Below, piece after piece: positions 63,375-64,000 of a stretch of 64,000 nucleotides of DNA. Within the stretch, counting starts at the first letter, position 1. Each line of letters starts with the position of its first letter. Position numbers and translations under genes: made by a program. The stretch is from Candidatus Saccharimonadota bacterium (GTDB lineage: Bacteria > Patescibacteriota > Saccharimonadia > Saccharimonadales > AWTP1-31). Location: positions 38,061 to 102,060 of the forward strand of contig RXKC01000001.1 in assembly GCA_003962975.1 (NCBI GenBank), read 5' to 3'. The notes below the pieces were generated by a model, which was not told the origin of the DNA, did no database searches, and was given only the letters and a program-made list of their open reading frames with translations.

Positions 63375-64000
63375 ATGCCTGCAAAAAAGTCTGCGCAAAA
63401 GTCAAAAAAGACCGCAAGCACTAAATCAAAAACGGCGCGTGCGTCTACGGCAGTAAAGGCAGACGATCAGAAACCACGCCGATTAAAAACTCCTCGCTAT
63501 AGCAGTTTCCGTCTTCGTAAGAAAATAAAGCTTCGGCAGAAACCCCTCAGCGGACCCATTTCATTGACTAGGCAAGCCTTTCGGCTTATGCGACAACACT
63601 GGGTTATCTTTGCTTGGTTGCTCATTATCTATGCTGCGCTTTCTGTGGTACTTGTTCGTGGGTTTGGTAGCGAACTAAATGTACGAGAAGCAAAAGAAAC
63701 GCTGGCCATACTAGTTGAGGGTCGCTTAGCCGATGTGACGATCACCGCTTCAGTATTTGGCATTATGCTCGGTACGGTTGGAACGGTTAGCACTGCGACT
63801 GCTTCTGTATATCAATCAATACTTCTGGTCGTCGCTATCTTAACGACCATATGGACAGTACGCACGCTCTTGGCGGGCCAACCCATGCGAGCCCGTGATG
63901 CCTATTACCGCGGACTTTACCCGCTGGTTGTTTTCTTGCTTGTACTTATGGCAATCGGGGTGCAGTTGCTGCCATTAGTGGGCGGTAGCTGGCTGTACGG
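63375..64000 (+). CDS. hypothetical membrane protein (3' end cut by window edge)
   Basis: ATG 63375 lies 1 nt after the htpX stop. The frame is open to nt 64000 (hand-translated, no stops). Lys/Ser-rich N-terminus followed by several TM helices. Confidence 0.5.
   Translation, partial: MPAKKSAQKSKKTASTKSKTARASTAVKADDQKPRRLKTPRYSSFRLRKKIKLRQKPLSGPISLTRQAFRLMRQHWVIFAWLLIIYAALSVVLVRGFGSELNVREAKETLAILVEGRLADVTITASVFGIMLGTVGTVSTATASVYQSILLVVAILTTIWTVRTLLAGQPMRARDAYYRGLYPLVVFLLVLMAIGVQLLPLVGGSWLY

Overview
This 64-kb chromosomal window comes from a compact bacterial genome. Gene content, many tiny membrane ORFs, tight spacing and mid-range GC fit a Saccharibacteria/Patescibacteria-like lineage, but that is inference only. 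I call about 70 protein genes and 8 tRNAs, all with encoded CCA. I found no rRNA, CRISPR array, transposase or integrase. Core blocks: obg-sbcB-pheA-uvrA-dedA-rplY (1-10 kb); three tandem ABC exporter half-transporters (10.8-16.2 kb); uvrC-pepP-secG-oligopeptide SBP (24.6-29.8 kb); and prs, pyrE/F/D/C, glmS, pssA-psd, gdh, lemA-htpX (48-63 kb). Between about 29.9 and 47.5 kb lies a tRNA-studded accessory stretch of small single-domain genes. It includes an orphan PafA/Dop-family (Pup-ligase-like) gene, a GH10 hydrolase and a Pif1-like helicase, and three of its genes look disrupted. The most interesting region is 17.3-24.6 kb. An unclassified 60-nt pseudoknot RNA motif occurs twice, with compensatory helix changes, and each copy has its own consensus promoter and intrinsic terminator. 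One copy is the leader of a translationally coupled three-gene operon of unknown function, whose 1035-aa bitopic protein combines amidase_2-like and lysozyme-like domains. The other copy points antisense into a divergent 631-aa orphan surface-protein gene. Other notable items: a promoter/leader-peptide/antiterminator-terminator arrangement upstream of an RNHCP-domain gene; many -10 boxes only 6-11 nt from start codons, suggesting leaderless mRNAs; an HNH gene whose 3' end overlaps a tRNA-Leu; and an AbrB-like gene abutting glmS behind a palindromic operator candidate. All family assignments rest on motif recognition by eye, with no searches run.
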